From an uncultured bacterium (GTDB lineage Bacteria > Vulcanimicrobiota > CADAWZ01): a stretch of DNA of 64,000 nt. The stretch is taken from the NCBI GenBank assembly GCA_902790465.1, contig CADASF010000014.1:538-64537 (forward strand), given 5' to 3'. Shown one piece after another: positions 60,177-64,000 of the stretch (positions are counted from its first letter, which is position 1; each line of letters opens with the position of its first letter). The notes under the pieces were generated by a model that saw only the letters and a program-made list of their open reading frames with translations, searched no databases and had not been told where the DNA came from. Position numbers and translations under genes: made by a program.

Positions 60177-61034
60177 ATGAAAAATAAAACAACCTTTTTG
60201 GATTTGGTAAAAGAATGTTTTGGTTGGTGGCCAAATATCTTATTTCTTATTGTTGCAGTAATATTTGGACCTTCTATATGTGGTTCAGCAGAAATTGCAT
60301 ACATAGCAGGTGGAATAATAGAAGCTCTTTGGCTGTTTTTTGGTGGCGGAACTCCTATTATTCAAAATAAAATAAAACAAAAAGAGCAGCAAAAAATCTT
60401 AGCAGAATGGAATAAGAAGAAAAATAGAATCATTGCAAAACTATCTTCAGCTAGCAGAAACAGATTTTGCAAATTTGAAAATACTGGTAGAAATATTTCA
60501 TCTATAATAAATCAATCAAGAAAAGATGGAATAAATGCAGATCCTACAAAATTAAAAACAGTAAATCAACTTCTTTGGCTATCATTAAAACTTCTCTATT
60601 CTCGTGAAATAATGGTCAATAATGTAAAGGGCAATACAAAAGATATGCTCGTTACAAAAATTGAAAATATGAAAAAGAATAGAGAGAATGAGAAAGATCC
60701 TAAATTAATAGAAACACTTGACTCAACAATCAAAACTATGGAACAACGACTTGAAACATTTGACAAAGTTTCAAATGATATGAAATCAATAGATTTAAAC
60801 TTGTTGAGAATAGAGGAACAATTAGAACTTCTCAAAAATTTAACTGCCATAGAAATTCAAAATTCAAAAGGCAATTTGACAAAACAGATAGACAACGCAC
60901 AACAATCAATAGATGACACACAGGATTGGATGGAAACAGCAAAAGATTTGTTTGCTCCTCTTGATGATGATCTGACAGAAACACCTCCAGACGATATTTT
61001 CGTTCAAGGTGTTTCATCTGGTGGGATAATTTAA
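60177..61034 (+). CDS. Membrane-anchored coiled-coil protein (2 predicted N-terminal TMs), co-operonic with pspA
   Basis: WWPNILFLIVAVIFGPSICGSAEIAYIAGGIIEALWLFFGG, then a ~200 aa coiled coil and an acidic tail. Confidence 0.5.
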   Translation: MKNKTTFLDLVKECFGWWPNILFLIVAVIFGPSICGSAEIAYIAGGIIEALWLFFGGGTPIIQNKIKQKEQQKILAEWNKKKNRIIAKLSSASRNRFCKFENTGRNISSIINQSRKDGINADPTKLKTVNQLLWLSLKLLYSREIMVNNVKGNTKDMLVTKIENMKKNRENEKDPKLIETLDSTIKTMEQRLETFDKVSNDMKSIDLNLLRIEEQLELLKNLTAIEIQNSKGNLTKQIDNAQQSIDDTQDWMETAKDLFAPLDDDLTETPPDDIFVQGVSSGGII

Positions 61035-61131
61035 AACCAAATGGCGTTTAATTCCACCGCTTCTATACAGGCGGAGAAATTAGACGCCATTTTTTCATAA
61101 ATAAGCTAACAAATAGTGGAGGATTATATAA

Positions 61132-62907
61132 ATGACTGAAATTGCTTCTTGGGCAAAAAAAATGCAACAATATTTTATAGCAGGGACTTCTTCACAATTT
61201 ATTCTATATGGAAATATATTTGACTATGTCCCAGTAAGAGATAGAAATAGATTAGAATTTATATCTTTGAGAACATTTTTAAATGATGTGATGTTTGCTC
61301 CATTCGATGTAGTCATATTCTATGATAGAGGAAAAGGCATCAGGGTTAAAAAAGGACAAGAAGAATTTCGTCGTTTTTTATCAGGATACGATACTTTCAA
61401 CCACACAAACTATGCAACATTTATGGGTAATCTTCCAAGAGAGCCTAAAGTTGCAATAGATTTGATAGACAGATTTATACAATTAAATCTACAAAAAGTA
61501 AAATTTTCAGAAAATGACAGAAATGCAGATGGAACACTAAAATCTTACACAATCCCTGTAAAAATAGCAATAGTTATAGACTATGCTCAATATGTTGTTC
61601 CAAGAGGCGAACTCATGCAGATGGTAGGAAATACAAGTGAAGTCCTGATAAAAATACTCGACTGGGCTTCAGATCCTGCCATAACAAATGCACATGTTGC
61701 CACATGTCTAATAACAGAAAATCTACAAGAACTAAATACATTATTGATAGAAAGTCCATACAATACAAAAATAAAACTTCCAATGCCTGATGAAAATGAA
61801 TTGGCAGATTATTGCAGATTTTTATCTGAAAGAATGCCTGATTACCATGAATACTGCAAAATTGAACCTAGATTACTCGGTGCAGGAATGTTGGGTCTCA
61901 CAAAAGCAGGTGTCAATTCTATAATCTCATTTGCAATAAAAAACAAACAGGAATTAAATCCAAAAATTCTGTCACAAAACAAAAAAAGCTATATAGAAAA
62001 AGAATGTAACGATCTTCTTGAATTCATAGAATCTCCATATAACCTTGATATGGTAGCAGGTCATAGAGCAGCAAAACAATGGTTAAAAGAAGATGCAGAA
62101 TTGATAAGAAATGGAAAATTGAGATCGATTCCTATGGGTTATCTCTTGACTGGTGGAATAGGTACTGGAAAAACATTTTTAGCAAACTGTTGGGCTGGCG
62201 AACTCGGAATTCCGTTTGTAAAATTCAAAAATTTCAGAGACAAATGGCAAGGCTCAACAGAAGGAAATCTTGAAAAAATATTCACTGTTCTCGATGCCTT
62301 GGGTCAAGTAATTGTATTTATTGATGAAGCTGACCAATCTACAGGAAAAAGAGAAGGTGGCGGAGGCGATTCAGGAGTATCAGGAAGAGTCTATTCAATG
62401 TTAGCTCAAAAAATGAGTGATACAAAAAACAGAGGAAAAATAATTTGGATACTTGCGACATCTCGTCCAGATTTGCTTGAAGTTGATTTAAAAAGACAAG
62501 GAAGACTTGATGTTCATATTCCACTTTTTGCACCTCAGACAGATGAAGACAGAAATGAATTATTTAAAGTAGTTGCAAAAAAATCTGGTTCTGACTTAAA
62601 AGATGAAGACATACCAACACTTCCAACAGGTCTATCATCATTGGGAGGAAACGAAATGGAAGCACTTCTCGTAAGAGCTCATAGACAATTTGATCTCCAC
62701 AAGACTGATGAAACACTTGCAGAAATTCTCAAAAACCTCCTAAAAGATTTCAGACCTTCTGCATATACAGCAGCTCTCGAATATATGGATTTAATTGCAG
62801 TAAAAGAATGTACTGATTCCATGTTTTTGCCAGAAAAATATAAATCAATGACTCCTGAAGAATTAGACGAAAAAATAGAACATGTAAAGCACAGAATGAG
62901 TATATAA
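61132..62907 (+). CDS. Classical-clade AAA ATPase (Vps4/katanin/FtsH-type second region of homology) with an unknown ~330-aa N-terminal domain
   Basis: Walker A GGIGTGKTF, Walker B VIVFIDEADQ, SRH ILATSRPDLLEVDLKRQGRLDVHIPLFAP. Confidence 0.75.
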   Translation: MTEIASWAKKMQQYFIAGTSSQFILYGNIFDYVPVRDRNRLEFISLRTFLNDVMFAPFDVVIFYDRGKGIRVKKGQEEFRRFLSGYDTFNHTNYATFMGNLPREPKVAIDLIDRFIQLNLQKVKFSENDRNADGTLKSYTIPVKIAIVIDYAQYVVPRGELMQMVGNTSEVLIKILDWASDPAITNAHVATCLITENLQELNTLLIESPYNTKIKLPMPDENELADYCRFLSERMPDYHEYCKIEPRLLGAGMLGLTKAGVNSIISFAIKNKQELNPKILSQNKKSYIEKECNDLLEFIESPYNLDMVAGHRAAKQWLKEDAELIRNGKLRSIPMGYLLTGGIGTGKTFLANCWAGELGIPFVKFKNFRDKWQGSTEGNLEKIFTVLDALGQVIVFIDEADQSTGKREGGGGDSGVSGRVYSMLAQKMSDTKNRGKIIWILATSRPDLLEVDLKRQGRLDVHIPLFAPQTDEDRNELFKVVAKKSGSDLKDEDIPTLPTGLSSLGGNEMEALLVRAHRQFDLHKTDETLAEILKNLLKDFRPSAYTAALEYMDLIAVKECTDSMFLPEKYKSMTPEELDEKIEHVKHRMSI

Positions 62908-62926
62908 AATAGGCAGGTATACCACC

Positions 62927-63994
62927 ATGTTCAAAAATAACAAACCAGTAAAACATAAAAAAGGAGATTATAGAGATATAGCAATGGACTCTATGAACTC
63001 CTTAGATGAACTCGAAGGCTTAACTATGAACAACACCTATGTATCTCCTTATGAAAAGAGACACTTTGAGCAAGCTGTAGAGATATTGGATAGAGATCCG
63101 AGATTTACAAGAAATTCAGTAATAAAAAAACCTTCATCAACTGAAATTCCAAAACAAACAGAAGATGCTTTTGCAAGTATGATGAAGAAAACTGTCAATC
63201 TAAATGCAAATAACAATGAAACTCCTCCTTCAAAAGAAGATTCATTTAAAAGTTTGATGAAAAAGAAACTTAGTAATTATGAAAATGAAAAAGCAAACGA
63301 TACAAATCCAGCAGCTACAACTCTATTAAATAATACAGAAGTAGAACAAAAATCTATAAACTTAGAGAAACCTATAAATGATCCAGTAAATACAAATAAT
63401 ACAATTAACGAAAATGTAAATATCCTCGAAAAAAAGACAACTGCTGGGGCTGGACTGCTAACAACTGCTGGAGCTGGACTGCTAAATTCAGTTGAAAAAC
63501 CAAAACCAGCTCCCAAAGACGACACAACAGACGATATTGCAGATATTGCCTTTGAATATTTAGTAAAAAATGGAGAAGAATGGAAAAACTACGACGAAAT
63601 ATATAAACTTGCAAATATTCCAAAATTAAAAAATGGAATGTCAATAGAAACAATAATAGGGATGTCGTCTGAAATGTCAAATATGCCCATAGATGTCAAA
63701 ATGAGTTCAATCTTGGGTTATCTTGAATCAAAAAATATAGATCCTGCTACAATAATTGAAGATTGTAGAAAAAAAGAAACAGTAATAAAACTATACGAAG
63801 AATTTCTTGAAGAAACATTAGCTAAAAAGAAATTGAGAATAGAATCTGAAATAGACCTATTGAATAAAAAAATTGCAGAACGAGAAGATATAATAAGAGA
63901 AGATATAAACAGATTAAATGAATGGAAAAATGACAGAATTATATTAGAAGACATGATGAAAGAAGCATGTGAGTGTTTGGGGCATAAACAGTAA
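62927..63994 (+). CDS. Hypothetical protein with a low-complexity N-terminal half, a tandem TTAGAGLL duplication and a C-terminal coiled coil
   Basis: ORF with RBS; the last gene of the pspA-AAA operon. Confidence 0.45.
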   Translation: MFKNNKPVKHKKGDYRDIAMDSMNSLDELEGLTMNNTYVSPYEKRHFEQAVEILDRDPRFTRNSVIKKPSSTEIPKQTEDAFASMMKKTVNLNANNNETPPSKEDSFKSLMKKKLSNYENEKANDTNPAATTLLNNTEVEQKSINLEKPINDPVNTNNTINENVNILEKKTTAGAGLLTTAGAGLLNSVEKPKPAPKDDTTDDIADIAFEYLVKNGEEWKNYDEIYKLANIPKLKNGMSIETIIGMSSEMSNMPIDVKMSSILGYLESKNIDPATIIEDCRKKETVIKLYEEFLEETLAKKKLRIESEIDLLNKKIAEREDIIREDINRLNEWKNDRIILEDMMKEACECLGHKQ

Positions 63995-64000
63995 AATGAC

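Overview
This is an AT-rich (roughly 30% GC), Lys/Asn/Ile-rich bacterial chromosomal window. Its gene content looks Firmicutes-like (DUF881/YlxW and Sbp between ftsQ and ftsA; a SCIFF peptide), yet it also encodes a TolC-type outer-membrane channel, so a diderm Firmicutes-like or uncultured lineage is my inference. Left half (1-31 kb, mostly minus strand): a fused mannose-1-P guanylyltransferase/phosphomannomutase, a BglII-like type II R-M pair, and the nickel-pincer cofactor genes larC and larB. Then a roughly 3.6 kb mosaic islet of small hypothetical genes, pentapeptide-repeat and DUF4417-like fragments. Then larE, an orphan N6/N4 DNA methyltransferase, a MetE-like Zn enzyme, and a TolC/MFP/ABC efflux operon carrying four FtsX-permease modules, one gene being a tandem fusion. 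Next come a pair of unknowns, and a frameshifted Big_2 + BspA-type LRR surface lipoprotein preceded by a long-range inverted repeat. Right half (30-64 kb, mostly plus strand): omega-amidase, lipoprotein, recJ, rel, dtd, a membrane protein, then on the minus strand an unannotated 55-aa SCIFF six-Cys peptide gene with a Cys-rich partner and hpt. After that a complete dcw/fts cluster (rsmH-ftsL-ftsI-murE-murF-mraY-murD-ftsW-murG-murC-ftsQ-DUF881-sbp-ftsA-ftsZ) with a MITE-like insertion between ftsI and murE. The window ends with a pspA - membrane/coiled-coil protein - classical AAA ATPase - hypothetical operon, which I consider the best candidate for an undescribed ESCRT-III/Vps4-like module. 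Dispersed modular small repeats mark the accessory loci. No rRNA, tRNA or CRISPR array was recognised.
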